The notes under the pieces are model-generated. The model was not told the origin of the DNA. It saw only the letters and a program-made list of their open reading frames with translations, and ran no database searches. Position numbers and translations under genes: made by a program. Positions 18,931 through 29,343 of a DNA stretch of 64,000 nt are shown here, piece after piece (positions within the stretch are counted from its first letter, which is position 1; each line of letters opens with the position of its first letter). The stretch covers positions 4,646 to 68,645 of the forward strand of contig JAZNWH010000129.1 of assembly GCA_045593265.1 (NCBI GenBank). The letters run 5' to 3'. The stretch is from Clostridia bacterium. GTDB lineage: Bacteria > Bacillota > Clostridia > RGIG6154.

Positions 18931-20152
18931 TATTTACCTTTCTAAGCCTGCACATAAAAAAACCATCATTTAAATCATCGGGCATAACTGTAATAAAATC
19001 CGAGTCTAACACAACCTGTTTGTTTTCATTTAAAAGTCGTTTTACCACATTTTCATTTTCCGTTTTATTCAAAGTGCAGGTGCTATAAACTATGTAACCA
19101 CCGTCTTTAACATATTTAACGGCATTTTTAAGTATTTTAAACTGTAATGCTGCTAAGCTGTCAAAATCATGCTCCGACCATTTTATATCAGGCTTTTTTG
19201 CAATTATCCCAAGTCCTGAACAAGGGACATCTGCAAGAATTTTATCAAAAGTTCCTATCCCTTCATTAAAGACCGAAGCATCATTTTGTATCGGTTTTAT
19301 TATATTTACACCAAGCCTTGCAGCTGTATTTTCGATGAGCTTTACTCTATGCATATGCAAATCGCAGGAAATTATTTCCCCCTCATTTTCCATAAGCTCT
19401 GCCATAAGACAGCTTTTACCCCCCGGAGCAGCACATAAGTCGAGAACTCTTTCTCCTTTTACAGGATTAAGAAGCTTTGCCGCTTTAACGGATGCCGCTC
19501 CCTGCCAGGTAAACATTCCCAAGTCAAAATAACTGTCGAGAGTATCTCCTGCTTTTTTTATGCTGTAGCAATCATCATTTTTTTCATATTCTATATTTTT
19601 ATCAATTAAGATTTTTTCAAAGGTATTTGTATCTGTTTTTAAAGTATTTACCCTTGCACTTAACCCTTTATTGGTGTTAAGTGCTTCTAAAACATCTTCA
19701 AGCTTATCTTCCCCTATACTTCTTTTAAAAACTTCAATTATTTCCCTGGGAAAAGAATATTTCATTTCAAGAGTATCAGGAAAAACTATACTTTTTTCTG
19801 ATACTTTCCTCATAACTGCATTAACCATACCACTATAATTGTTTGCATACTTTTTTGCCAAATTTACAGTTTCACTGCAGGATGCAGAAACAGGAACCCT
19901 TGACATATACAAAAGCTGATAAACACCTACTCTTAAAATGTTCCTTACTCTCTGATTTTTCAGCTGGCAATATTGGTCAATAGCATAATCAATTCTCATT
20001 TTATAACGCATTACTCCGTAAACTATCTCGGTAGCAAACGCCTTTTCTGTCTTGCTTTCACACTTTAAATATTTCTTGAGAGCAAGATTTGCAAAAAGCT
20101 TGCTTTCAAAAATATTTTCAAGTATTATAAACGCATTTTCTCTTGAATTCAT
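18923..20152 (-). CDS. rsmB: 16S rRNA m5C967 methyltransferase
   Basis: NusB-like N-terminus; DLCAAPGGK, DVPCSG, YSTCT. Confidence 0.93.
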   Translation of the reverse strand: MNSRENAFIILENIFESKLFANLALKKYLKCESKTEKAFATEIVYGVMRYKMRIDYAIDQYCQLKNQRVRNILRVGVYQLLYMSRVPVSASCSETVNLAKKYANNYSGMVNAVMRKVSEKSIVFPDTLEMKYSFPREIIEVFKRSIGEDKLEDVLEALNTNKGLSARVNTLKTDTNTFEKILIDKNIEYEKNDDCYSIKKAGDTLDSYFDLGMFTWQGAASVKAAKLLNPVKGERVLDLCAAPGGKSCLMAELMENEGEIISCDLHMHRVKLIENTAARLGVNIIKPIQNDASVFNEGIGTFDKILADVPCSGLGIIAKKPDIKWSEHDFDSLAALQFKILKNAVKYVKDGGYIVYSTCTLNKTENENVVKRLLNENKQVVLDSDFITVMPDDLNDGFFMCRLRKVNNG

Positions 20153-20155
20153 AGA

Positions 20156-20848
20156 TTAATCTCTTCTGTTATTCGCAAGTGAAAGAAGTCTTAAAAGGTT
20201 ACCTATAGCTGTTGCCGCAGCTGCAACATAAGTAAGTGCCGCTGCTTTTAAAACCTTTGATGCACCTTTTGTTTCATCTTCATCTAGTATATAATTTGAT
20301 TCAAGTATTTTAATTGCTCTTCTGCTGGCATTAAATTCAACAGGAAGTGTTACAATCTGAAATGCAACTACTGCTGTAAAAAGAATTATACCTATTTCGA
20401 TTAAAATATTATTTGAAAAAACAATTCCAAGAAGAGCAAGTGGGAATGCCGCCTGAGAGCCGATATTAGCTACAGGAAGCACAAAATTTCTTAATTTGAT
20501 AGGTAAATATCCCACATTATGCTGTATTGCGTGCCCCGCTTCATGTGCTGCCACACCTATCGCAGCAACAGATGAGCTTGAATAAACAGAATCTGACAGA
20601 CGAAGAGTATTGCTTCTCGGGTCAAAATGGTCGGTTAAATTACCTGCCACTCTTTCAACTTTAACATTGTGTACCCCGTTTTTACGCAAAATATTTTCAG
20701 CTATAGCAGAGGCACTTTCGCCCCTTCTTGACATTACCTTTGAATATTTTCCAAAGGTTGAAGAAACCTTCATTTGTGCAAACATTGCGAGAATTATTGC
20801 AGGAAGCACAAATATTATATATGATGAATAGTATCCGCCGAAATACAT
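20156..20848 (-). CDS. Neutral zinc metallopeptidase (YugP-like)
   Basis: LTDHFDPR, AAHEAGHA, TLPVEFNASRRA. Confidence 0.9.
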   Translation of the reverse strand: MYFGGYYSSYIIFVLPAIILAMFAQMKVSSTFGKYSKVMSRRGESASAIAENILRKNGVHNVKVERVAGNLTDHFDPRSNTLRLSDSVYSSSSVAAIGVAAHEAGHAIQHNVGYLPIKLRNFVLPVANIGSQAAFPLALLGIVFSNNILIEIGIILFTAVVAFQIVTLPVEFNASRRAIKILESNYILDEDETKGASKVLKAAALTYVAAAATAIGNLLRLLSLANNRRD

Positions 20849-20869
20849 AAATTTCTTCCTTCCTAAAAT

Positions 20870-21805
20870 TTATTTTAATACTGTTCCTTTACTTATAGTA
20901 TTACCCTTAATATACTCATTTATTTCAAGTCGTTTTTTGCCCTCGGGCTGTAAAGATTTTACTGAAAGCATTACCCCATCACCACAGGCTATTTTAAAGC
21001 ATTTATCCACATCACACACCGTTCCTGGTGCATATTGAGTCTTTAAATCTGTTTCTGCTTCAAATATTTTAAGAATTTTTCCGTTGACTGTTGTTTTTGC
21101 ACCTGGTGAAGGGTTAAGTCCTCTTATTAAATTTCGTATACTTTCCGCATCTTTATTCCAGTCAATATAACTCATTTCCTTTGTTATAGGTGATGCGTAA
21201 GTCATTTCATCGTGGTTTTGAGGTGTTCTTGTTATTTTACCTTCAAAAATTAAATCAAGTGCTTCTGATAATGCCGAAGCACCACATACAGACGCTTTGT
21301 CAAATAAAGTTCCTGTTGTTTCGTCGTCAGCAATTTCTATTTCCTGTGTTAAAAGCATATCTCCTGTATCAAGACCATTATCCATCTGCATTATTGTAAC
21401 GCCTGTCTTTTTTTCTCCATTAATTATACACCACTGCAAAGGTGCTGCTCCTCTGTATTTTGGAAGAAGAGATGCGTGCACATTGATGCATCCGAATTTT
21501 GGATAATCTATAATATAAGGGGGAAGAATTCTTCCGTAAGCAATTACAATAATTATTTCAGGATTTTTTTCTTTGAGTACATCAAGAAAAGCTCCGTCTT
21601 TTAAGGTTTCAGGCTGAAATACATCAAAACCTCGTGTCAAAGCAAATTCCTTAACAGGAGGAGGTGCAAGTTCATAGCCTCTTCCCTTTTTTCTGTCAGG
21701 CTGTGTAACAACCCCCACTATTTCACAATCTTCTCTTTTTGAGAGCATATCAAGACAAGGAACAGCTATATCGGGAGTGCCCATAAACATTACTCTTTTT
21801 TTCAT
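20870..21805 (-). CDS. fmt: Methionyl-tRNA formyltransferase
   Basis: FMGTP, VTQPD, NVHASLLPKYRGAAP. Confidence 0.97.
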   Translation of the reverse strand: MKKRVMFMGTPDIAVPCLDMLSKREDCEIVGVVTQPDRKKGRGYELAPPPVKEFALTRGFDVFQPETLKDGAFLDVLKEKNPEIIIVIAYGRILPPYIIDYPKFGCINVHASLLPKYRGAAPLQWCIINGEKKTGVTIMQMDNGLDTGDMLLTQEIEIADDETTGTLFDKASVCGASALSEALDLIFEGKITRTPQNHDEMTYASPITKEMSYIDWNKDAESIRNLIRGLNPSPGAKTTVNGKILKIFEAETDLKTQYAPGTVCDVDKCFKIACGDGVMLSVKSLQPEGKKRLEINEYIKGNTISKGTVLK

Positions 21806-22260
21806 TCTGCCTCATAATCCTTAATAATTTTTTCATCAAACAAATGGCCATCAAGATGGTCATTTTCATGGCATACAGCTCTTGCTGCAAGCTTTGAAAC
21901 TACCTTTGTAAATTCGTTTCCGTTTCTGTCAAAAGCCTTAAATTTTACAATTGCAGGTCTTTCAACATAACCGAAAAAGTCAGGAATTGACAAGCAACCC
22001 TCTTGAGTTATTGATTTACCTTTAGTTTCAAGAATTTCAGGATTAACACATTCAATCAATCCTGTTTCTTCAGTATCTATTATGAATACTCTTTTTAAAA
22101 TTCCTACCTGAGGTGCAGCAAGACCTACACCGTTTGCAACCTTTAAGGTTTCCTGCATATCATCAAGAAGAACTGCCAGCTTTTCATCGAAAGCAGTTAC
22201 CTCTCTGCATTTTTTAGAGAGAACCTCGTCTCCCTTTTTTACTATATTTCTTACTGCCAT
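21802..22260 (-). CDS. def: Peptide deformylase
   Basis: GVGLAAPQVG, EGCLS, HENDHL; RBS before ATG at 22260. Confidence 0.96.
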   Translation of the reverse strand: MAVRNIVKKGDEVLSKKCREVTAFDEKLAVLLDDMQETLKVANGVGLAAPQVGILKRVFIIDTEETGLIECVNPEILETKGKSITQEGCLSIPDFFGYVERPAIVKFKAFDRNGNEFTKVVSKLAARAVCHENDHLDGHLFDEKIIKDYEAE

Positions 22261-22285
22261 TTTATTTCCTTTCTGTTGTTTTTTT

Positions 22286-24529
22286 CTACAACACACTGTT
22301 TGGGTTAATATCCAGCGTAATTGTTATATCTTCATCTGTTTTTTTGGCATTTAATACCGATTCTCTTAAAACAGATCTTACTTTCTCATCACTTTTACAT
22401 TTTAAAAGAAGTCGCCATCTGTATCTTCCACTGATTTTTGAAATAGGTGCAGGATTAGGTCCTGCAAAAGAAAAATATATATTTTCTGCCGAAAGCATCT
22501 CTTTTATCTTATCAAAAATCAAATAAATCATTTCACGGACATTTCTTACATTTTCCCCCGAAACAATTATATTTATAATATCGCTGAAAGGAGGATACTG
22601 AATTTTCTTTCTTACAGCTATTTCATTTTTATAAAATTCTCCGTAATCCTGATTTTTGGAGCAGGTTATTATTCTATGTTGAGGACTGTAGGTTTGCACT
22701 ACTGCTCTACCCTGTTTTTTACCTCTTCCCGCTCTTCCGCAAACCTGAGTTATCAGCTGAAATGTTTTTTCGCCTGCCTGATAATCGTCTGAATAAAGCA
22801 TCATATCAGCGGCAAGAACTCCTACCAGGGAAACATTGGGGAAATCAAGCCCTTTGGTTATCATCTGAGTTCCTACAAGAATATCAATCTTCTCATTTTC
22901 AAATTTTTCAAGTATTTTCTGATGGGACATTTTCCCTCTTGTGGTATCAACATCCATACGTATAGTGGTTGCCTGAGGGAAAAGATTTTTTATTTCTTCC
23001 TCCACTTTTTCTGTCCCTACACCAAACTGCTTTATAAATTTACTGTTACAGGAGGGACACGTAGTATAATTTTTTATTGTATAACCACAATAATGACAAA
23101 CTAAATTATTGTCATATTTATGGTAAGTGAGTGCTATGTTACAGTCAGGGCACTTTGCCGCATAACCACAGGCACGACAGGAAACAAAAGTAGCAAAACC
23201 TCGTCTGTTGAGAAAAAGAATGGTTTGCTCCTTATTTTTCAGGTTCTTTTCAATCTCATCCTGAAGACGAAAACTGAAAAAGGAACGGTTGCCCTTGCTT
23301 AATTCAAGACGCATATCCACCACATCAACCTCAGGCAGATTTACGCTGTTATATCTGTTTTTCATCTGCTTCAGCGTATATTCTCCGCTTAAAGCTTTAT
23401 AGGCACTGTTAACTGATGGAGTAGCAGAAGCAAGCATTAAAACTGCGTTATTTTTTCTGCATATAAATTCTGCCGCTTCACGGGCATCATAACGTGGACT
23501 CATATCTGATTTGTAGGATGATTCGTGCTCTTCATCAACCACAATGATACCGATATTATCAATAGGTGTAAATACAGCTGACCTTGCCCCTACAACCACA
23601 TCAATTTCATTTCTGTTTATTTTATCCCAGGCATCAAACCTCTCACCCATGGAAAGTCCACTATGAAAAATAGCCACTCTTTCACCGAAACGTGAAAGAA
23701 AACGCTGAGACATCTGTGGTGTAAGAGAAATTTCAGGCACAAGAATTATAGCTCTTTTACCCATATTTATTGCTTCTCTTACAGCTTGTAAGTACACCTC
23801 AGTTTTACCACTACCTGTAACACCACGAAGTAATATCCCCTCATAACGGTTATCTTTCATTGCCGAAACTGTATAGTCTATTACTTCCTTTTGTTCAGGT
23901 GTAGGCTTTAAATCTTCTCTCTTTTCGTATATTTTTTCTTTAAAAGGATTGCGTTCTACTGCTTCGGATTCGATTTTAAGAAACCCCTTTTTTTCAAGAG
24001 CTTTAAGTGTTGCTGAAGTAGTTTGTGCCATCTCAGCAAGATATACCACAGGTATCTTTTTTACCTGACTTAATATATCCATAACTCTCGCCTGAGCAGG
24101 TGCCTTCACTTCAAGAGCAGACATTTGAGAATCAAAGGTTTCTTCGTCGGCAGAAAAATACGCAAAATTAATTTTCTTGTTTCCAACCCCCTCGTAAACA
24201 CCGTTCTTTGAAGACATAGCCCCCGGTGGTAAAATAACACGCAGACAGTCATAATAGGTGCAGACATATTTTTCTCTGAGCCAGTTTAATAAAGCTATTC
24301 TCTTTTCATCAATAATCTTTCCCTTAACAGAATCTACAGTCTTTAATTTATCTGTATATTCTGCATCACCTGTTGCGATAACTACACCATCAGTAAGCTT
24401 ATTGCCTTTACCGAAAGGGACCTTAACATGGTCCCCGACACACGAACCGTTTGCAATATAATCAAAACATCGGTCTACCTGTCTTGATGGATTATTTATT
24501 ATTACTTTTACGCATTTACTAACGCTCAT
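22286..24529 (-). CDS. priA: Primosomal protein N'
   Basis: GVTGSGKTEVY, DEEH, four CxxC pairs, GTQMITKGLDF. Confidence 0.97.
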   Translation of the reverse strand: MSVSKCVKVIINNPSRQVDRCFDYIANGSCVGDHVKVPFGKGNKLTDGVVIATGDAEYTDKLKTVDSVKGKIIDEKRIALLNWLREKYVCTYYDCLRVILPPGAMSSKNGVYEGVGNKKINFAYFSADEETFDSQMSALEVKAPAQARVMDILSQVKKIPVVYLAEMAQTTSATLKALEKKGFLKIESEAVERNPFKEKIYEKREDLKPTPEQKEVIDYTVSAMKDNRYEGILLRGVTGSGKTEVYLQAVREAINMGKRAIILVPEISLTPQMSQRFLSRFGERVAIFHSGLSMGERFDAWDKINRNEIDVVVGARSAVFTPIDNIGIIVVDEEHESSYKSDMSPRYDAREAAEFICRKNNAVLMLASATPSVNSAYKALSGEYTLKQMKNRYNSVNLPEVDVVDMRLELSKGNRSFFSFRLQDEIEKNLKNKEQTILFLNRRGFATFVSCRACGYAAKCPDCNIALTYHKYDNNLVCHYCGYTIKNYTTCPSCNSKFIKQFGVGTEKVEEEIKNLFPQATTIRMDVDTTRGKMSHQKILEKFENEKIDILVGTQMITKGLDFPNVSLVGVLAADMMLYSDDYQAGEKTFQLITQVCGRAGRGKKQGRAVVQTYSPQHRIITCSKNQDYGEFYKNEIAVRKKIQYPPFSDIINIIVSGENVRNVREMIYLIFDKIKEMLSAENIYFSFAGPNPAPISKISGRYRWRLLLKCKSDEKVRSVLRESVLNAKKTDEDITITLDINPNSVL

Positions 24530-24536
24530 AATTTCC

Positions 24537-24740
24537 TTATTTTTCGTTAATTATATCAATTTTTCCCTCTGCAATTTCGTGAACTGCAATAGAAACAGGC
24601 TTATCGCATACATCCTTGTAATCTGTATAAATTTCTTCTGTTTCCTCTGAAAGCATTCTCGCTCTTTTTGCTACTGCAATAACAAGAGAATATCTGCTTG
24701 TTGTCTTTTCTGCTAATGATTGAACTGTTGGGTATAACAT
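24537..24740 (-). CDS. rpoZ: RNA polymerase omega subunit
   Basis: SRYSLVIAVAKRAR, KPVSIA. Confidence 0.93.
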   Translation of the reverse strand: MLYPTVQSLAEKTTSRYSLVIAVAKRARMLSEETEEIYTDYKDVCDKPVSIAVHEIAEGKIDIINEK

Positions 24741-24771
24741 ATTTTTCTTACCTTTCTTTAATTAATTTTAT

Positions 24772-25374
24772 TTAAAATTCCTGTTTGAAATTACATCTTT
24801 CAACTCTTGCTTTTTCTGCACTTATAATATTTTTAATATCTGCAGTTGCTTTTTCAACAGTGTCATTAACAACAAAATAATTGTACTTAATGCTCTGCTG
24901 AATTTCCATAATAGCTGTTTGGAGTCTTTCTTCAACAACCTCTTTTGACTCGGTTCCCCTGCCCTCAAGACGAGAACGAAGCTCATTTAATGACGGTGGA
25001 AGCACAAAAATAAATACTCCTTCAGGATACTTGCTTTTAACCTTTAACGCACCCTGCACCTCTATTTCAAGTATAACATTTTTACCATGTTTTAATGCTT
25101 CAAGAACAGGCTCTTTTGGTGTTCCGTAATAATTACCACAGAAACATGCCCATTCCATAAGCTCATCCTCGGCAATCATATCTTTAAACTTTTCTTCTGT
25201 ATAGAAATAATAGTTTTCTCCGTGAACTTCTCCATCTCTCGGAGCACGGGTTGTAGCAGAAACGGAAACTACAGTATCATCACTTTGTTCAAGCAGTGCT
25301 TTGCAAAGTGTTCCTTTTCCTACACCCGAAGGGCCTGAAATAACAAGCAATAAGCCTTTTTTATTTTCTACCAT
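24772..25374 (-). CDS. gmk: Guanylate kinase
   Basis: SGPSGVGKGT, TTRAPRDGE, YYGTP. Confidence 0.97.
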   Translation of the reverse strand: MVENKKGLLLVISGPSGVGKGTLCKALLEQSDDTVVSVSATTRAPRDGEVHGENYYFYTEEKFKDMIAEDELMEWACFCGNYYGTPKEPVLEALKHGKNVILEIEVQGALKVKSKYPEGVFIFVLPPSLNELRSRLEGRGTESKEVVEERLQTAIMEIQQSIKYNYFVVNDTVEKATADIKNIISAEKARVERCNFKQEF

Positions 25375-25619
25375 TACTCTGCTCCTTTCCCGTCAAGACG
25401 TTGTTTTATGGTTTCAGGCATAGTTGCTGACAAAATAACATGTCCGCTGTTAAAAATAATTACTGCTCGTGTTCTTCGTCCACAGGTGCCGTCAATTAAC
25501 TTAAACTGTTCTCTTGCATTTCTTACAAGTCTTTTTATAGGTGCAGATTCAGGTGTTACTATAGCAATAATTCTATCGGCAGAAACAATGTTTCCAAAGC
25601 CTATATTTATCAAATTCAT
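25374..25619 (-). CDS. remA: RemA / DUF370 extracellular matrix regulator family
   Basis: [33 protein letters not shown]. Confidence 0.9.
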   Translation of the reverse strand: MNLINIGFGNIVSADRIIAIVTPESAPIKRLVRNAREQFKLIDGTCGRRTRAVIIFNSGHVILSATMPETIKQRLDGKGAE

Positions 25620-25634
25620 ACCTCAATGCCACCT

Positions 25635-26510
25635 TTATTCCAGATTCTGTATCTGTTCTCTGATTTTTTCTATTTCGGTTTTTGTGTCAACTACCAGTCG
25701 GGTTATCTTAAGTTCATTGGATTTCGAGCCTATTGTATTAATTTCCCTGTTCATTTCCTGTATTATAAAATCAAGTTTCTTTCCTACGGGTCCATCCTCT
25801 GAAAGGATTGAATTAACTTCCTGTAGATGACTCTTAAGACGAACAATTTCTTCGTCTACACAAACCTTATCCGTATAAACAGCAACCTCAGCAACTATAC
25901 GGTTTTCTTCAACTTCATAATTTTCAAGTACTTCACTGATTTTCTGAAGCAAACGATTTCGGTATGCCTCAATATTTTCAGGAACAAGCTGTTCAATTTC
26001 TTTAACATTTTCGTTAATAAGGCTTGTTTTTTCAAGCAGGTCGCATTTTAACTTTTCGCCTTCTGTCGTTCTTGCAAGTGAGTGTGCTTTCATAGCCTCC
26101 CTTATAACAGGCTCTAAAACTACCCACACCTCTTCATCATCACGTTCTTCATGCTCAACAGTTACAACATCACTTGACATAAGTCTTGATGCTGAAATGT
26201 CAAACTTAATATCAGCTTCTTCGCAAAATTCACGAAAAGCGTTTATGTATGAATAAGCAAGGTCTTTATCAATAGTTACCTTTTTACCTGAACTTTCAGC
26301 AGTAACAACCGAAATAAACATGTCAATTTTACCACGGGAAGCATATTCTCCGATTACTTTTTTAATTCTGTCTTCCGCAAAATTCATAAATCTTGGAAGT
26401 CTTATATTCATATCCGCATATCTGTTATTAACAGACTTTACTTCAACACTGATTTCGCCTATATCGGTTACGCACTGTGCTTTACCGTAACCTGTCATAC
26501 TTTTAACCAA
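25635..26510 (-). CDS. yicC: YicC/YloC family endoribonuclease
   Basis: KSMTGYG, GKKLDFIIQEMNREINTIGSK, IREQIQNLE. Confidence 0.95.
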   Translation of the reverse strand: MVKSMTGYGKAQCVTDIGEISVEVKSVNNRYADMNIRLPRFMNFAEDRIKKVIGEYASRGKIDMFISVVTAESSGKKVTIDKDLAYSYINAFREFCEEADIKFDISASRLMSSDVVTVEHEERDDEEVWVVLEPVIREAMKAHSLARTTEGEKLKCDLLEKTSLINENVKEIEQLVPENIEAYRNRLLQKISEVLENYEVEENRIVAEVAVYTDKVCVDEEIVRLKSHLQEVNSILSEDGPVGKKLDFIIQEMNREINTIGSKSNELKITRLVVDTKTEIEKIREQIQNLE

Positions 26511-26576
26511 CGGTTACACCTCTTCTTTTTTATCATAATATATAAGTATACCATAAAACAACAAAAAAAACAACTT

Positions 26577-27839
26577 TTATTTGATAACATCATCACAAAT
26601 TGTTATTTCCTTTATAATTCCTCTCAAATCTGTATCGCTTTTAACTTTAACGGTTATATAATTAGGAGTAAGACCAACATATCGGCCATCATCGGTAAGC
26701 TGTTCAAAAAGAACAGGATATGTTTTTTCTTTATTCTTTTCCACAAACTCATTATGCATTTTCTGAGATAAAGTGTTAAGTTCTCTCGTTCTTTCTTCCT
26801 TAACTCTTTTTTCAAGCTGTCCATCCATCAACGCAGCTTTTGTGCCCTCTCTAGGAGAATAAGGAAATACGTGCATATGAGCAAAACCTATTGTTCCGGC
26901 AAACAAGACACTTTCTTTATGCTCAGCCTCTGTTTCACCCGGAAAACCGGCAATCACATCGGTTGTTATTGCCGCTTCGGGAAAATACTCTTTTATTTTA
27001 TCAATTTTTTCTTTGTATGTTGCAGTGTCGTAACGTCTGTTCATTCTTTTTAAAACACTGTCGCTTCCACTCTGCAAAGACAAATGAAAAGTCGGACATA
27101 TCTTTCCCGTCTGTTTTAAAACTGACAGGAATTCATCTGTTATTATTACAGGTTCCAATGAGCCTAACCGTATTCTTTCAATACCACTGACCCTAGACAC
27201 TTCGCATATAACATCTTTAAGGGTTAAATCGTTATATTTGTATGCAGCAGTTTGTATTCCTGTAATTACTATTTCCTTAAATCCATTTCCTGCAAGTCTC
27301 TTTGCCTCGCAAATAATTTCATCGAAAGGTCTGCTTCTTACGGGCCCTCTTACATATGGTATTATGCAATAAGAACAAAACCTGTCGCAACCATCTTCAA
27401 TTTTAATTAAAGCTCTGGTTTTTTCTTCATAGCTATTGAGCTTCATATCAGAGTATATGGCATTCTTTAAATCACTTACCCAGTAAATTTTTCTTTCATC
27501 TGCCAATTTCAATACCGCATCAGCTATCTTTTCCTTAGCATTATTGCCAAGAATTATATCAGCTTTGATTTCTTGAATTTCTTCTTTACTGAGCTTTTGT
27601 GCATAACATCCTGCAAGAACAGTAATTGATGAAGGATTTTGTTTCTTTGCTCTTGAAAGCATCTGGCGTGATTTTTTATCCCCCGTTGCGGTAACAGTAC
27701 AGGAATTAACCACATACACGTCTGCCTTTTCATCAAAACTGCAGATTGTAAAACCGTTTTTTTCAAATATTTCTTTCATTGCCTGGGTTTCATATTGATT
27801 AACACGACACCCAAGAGTATAAAATGCTGCTTTTTTCAT
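26577..27839 (-). CDS. mtaB: tRNA t6A37 methylthiotransferase
   Basis: TLGCRVNQYET, GCDRFCSYC, HVFPYSPREGT. Confidence 0.92.
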   Translation of the reverse strand: MKKAAFYTLGCRVNQYETQAMKEIFEKNGFTICSFDEKADVYVVNSCTVTATGDKKSRQMLSRAKKQNPSSITVLAGCYAQKLSKEEIQEIKADIILGNNAKEKIADAVLKLADERKIYWVSDLKNAIYSDMKLNSYEEKTRALIKIEDGCDRFCSYCIIPYVRGPVRSRPFDEIICEAKRLAGNGFKEIVITGIQTAAYKYNDLTLKDVICEVSRVSGIERIRLGSLEPVIITDEFLSVLKQTGKICPTFHLSLQSGSDSVLKRMNRRYDTATYKEKIDKIKEYFPEAAITTDVIAGFPGETEAEHKESVLFAGTIGFAHMHVFPYSPREGTKAALMDGQLEKRVKEERTRELNTLSQKMHNEFVEKNKEKTYPVLFEQLTDDGRYVGLTPNYITVKVKSDTDLRGIIKEITICDDVIK

Positions 27840-27878
27840 AATTTCACCTTAATTTTTATAGTTATTGTGAATTATTTG

Positions 27879-27907
27879 TTGACTTATTTTAAAAATAGTT
27901 GTATTAT
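27879..27907 (+). promoter_or_regulatory. Sigma-A-type promoter of the HPr-family gene
   Basis: TTGACT-17 nt-TATTAT. Confidence 0.55.
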
Positions 27908-27948
27908 ATATGTAGTATAAAAAATATATAATACGGAGGTAACTCACA

Positions 27949-28179
27949 ATGAAAACATTTAATATTATGCTTCATTCAATCAACGATGTTAAAAGCTTCG
28001 TTAATACTGTAAACAGATACGATTTTGATGTTGACCTTACATCAGGCAGATATGTTGTTGATGCAAAGTCAATTATGGGTATCTTCTCACTTGACTTATC
28101 AAAACCAATCAAGGTTGAGGTTTATTCAGACGATGCTGATACTTTCATCAGCGAAGTAAAAGATTTTATCATTGACTGA
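27949..28179 (+). CDS. HPr family phosphocarrier-like protein
   Basis: VDAKSIMGIFSL (Ser46 motif); GGAGG RBS. Confidence 0.9.
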   Translation: MKTFNIMLHSINDVKSFVNTVNRYDFDVDLTSGRYVVDAKSIMGIFSLDLSKPIKVEVYSDDADTFISEVKDFIID

Positions 28180-28188
28180 TTTATCTGG

Positions 28189-28215
28189 AAAAGAAACCTT
28201 AATGGTTTCTTTTTC
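28189..28215 (+). terminator. Intrinsic terminator after the HPr-family gene
   Basis: AAAAGAAACC-ttaat-GGTTTCTTTT. Confidence 0.65.
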
Positions 28216-28222
28216 TTTGTAC

Positions 28223-28635
28223 ATTATAACATGAGTGCAAGTCGCAATCGACTTGCTTCACACCGTTTCAATAAACACATCAGCTTTTGGGGTCAAAGAC
28301 CACAAAACACTTTGGTTGTGTTTATTATAACATAGGTGCAAGTCGCAATCGACTTGCTTCACACCGTTTCAATAAACACATCAGCTTTTGGGGTCAAAGG
28401 CCCCAAAATACCTTGGTTGTGTTTATTATAACATAGGTGCAAGTCGCAATCGACTTGCTTCACACCGTTTCAATAAACACATCAGCTTTTGGGGTCAAAG
28501 GTCCCAAAATACCTTGGTTGTGTTTATTATAACATAGGTGCAAGTCGCAATCGACTTGCTTCACACCGTTTCAATAAACACATCAGCTTTTGGGGTCAAA
28601 GGTCCCAAAACACCTTTACTGTGTTTATTATAACA
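28223..28635. repeat. Tandem array of four 101-bp hairpin-rich units
   Basis: Units start with ATTATAACA at 28223, 28324, 28425 and 28526, with a closing copy at 28627; units nearly identical. Confidence 0.95.
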
Positions 28636-28680
28636 CATATTTTGTGTTTTGTGTAGACTAAAATTTATGGAGGCACAAAT

Positions 28681-29256
28681 TTGATAGATTACCAGTTTAC
28701 TTTTCAGGAGCCTATGGAAATAAAGCTCATTATACTGTATATCGTATACCAGTCAAAAAGTGTTGCAAAACAGGATGCTGTGGAAAGGACTTTTCTTTGC
28801 GATTTTATCGCAGAGCATATCCGTGTCAATTACTTTGATATGCAAATACAGCTTTCTACCCTTTGCGAGGACGGTCATCTCCGTTCTTTTATGAGTAATC
28901 TCAAAGAGAAAATCATGATTACCGAAAAAGGCTCATACGCAATTGAAAGCTTTGCTACATCCATTCCGCGTTCTGTTCGCGATAAGGTTGACACTATAAT
29001 TTCAGGCAGTGTTCACGAATATAAAGAGGGGCAGACTGTGTCTGTTGATTATTGGAAAGAAAACGAAAATCAGCACACTGCAGTTCTGAATATTATGGAT
29101 AATGAAAAAAATGTTTTCAAGCTCCATGTTTCTCTTCCTGATTCAAAAGATGCACAAATTTTAAAATCCAAATTTAAAGAAAAGCCTGAATATTTTTATT
29201 CACAAATAATTGCAATGTGCTCGGAGGCTATAGACGAGGGTAAAAAAATACAGTAA
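28681..29256 (+). CDS. DUF4364-family winged-helix protein
   Basis: KLIILYI, NYFD..Q..L, ITEKG pattern; TTG start after GGAGG. Confidence 0.7.
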   Translation: MIDYQFTFQEPMEIKLIILYIVYQSKSVAKQDAVERTFLCDFIAEHIRVNYFDMQIQLSTLCEDGHLRSFMSNLKEKIMITEKGSYAIESFATSIPRSVRDKVDTIISGSVHEYKEGQTVSVDYWKENENQHTAVLNIMDNEKNVFKLHVSLPDSKDAQILKSKFKEKPEYFYSQIIAMCSEAIDEGKKIQ

Positions 29257-29343
29257 AAATGAATAATTTTGCATAAAAACTTGACAAAAATAATATTATG
29301 GATTAAAATGAGCTTACATATAAAAATACGGAGGTTTTTTAAA

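Noticed and set aside
24529-24537. Absence of coaBC between rpoZ and priA
   Set aside because: Gene-order variation that cannot be judged without the rest of the genome.
27949-28179. HPr lacking the GLHARP His15 motif as a novelty
   Set aside because: Ser46-only HPr-like paralogues are common in Clostridia.
28223-28635. CRISPR array
   Set aside because: Whole 101-bp units repeat almost identically, with no unique spacers, and there are no cas genes in the window.
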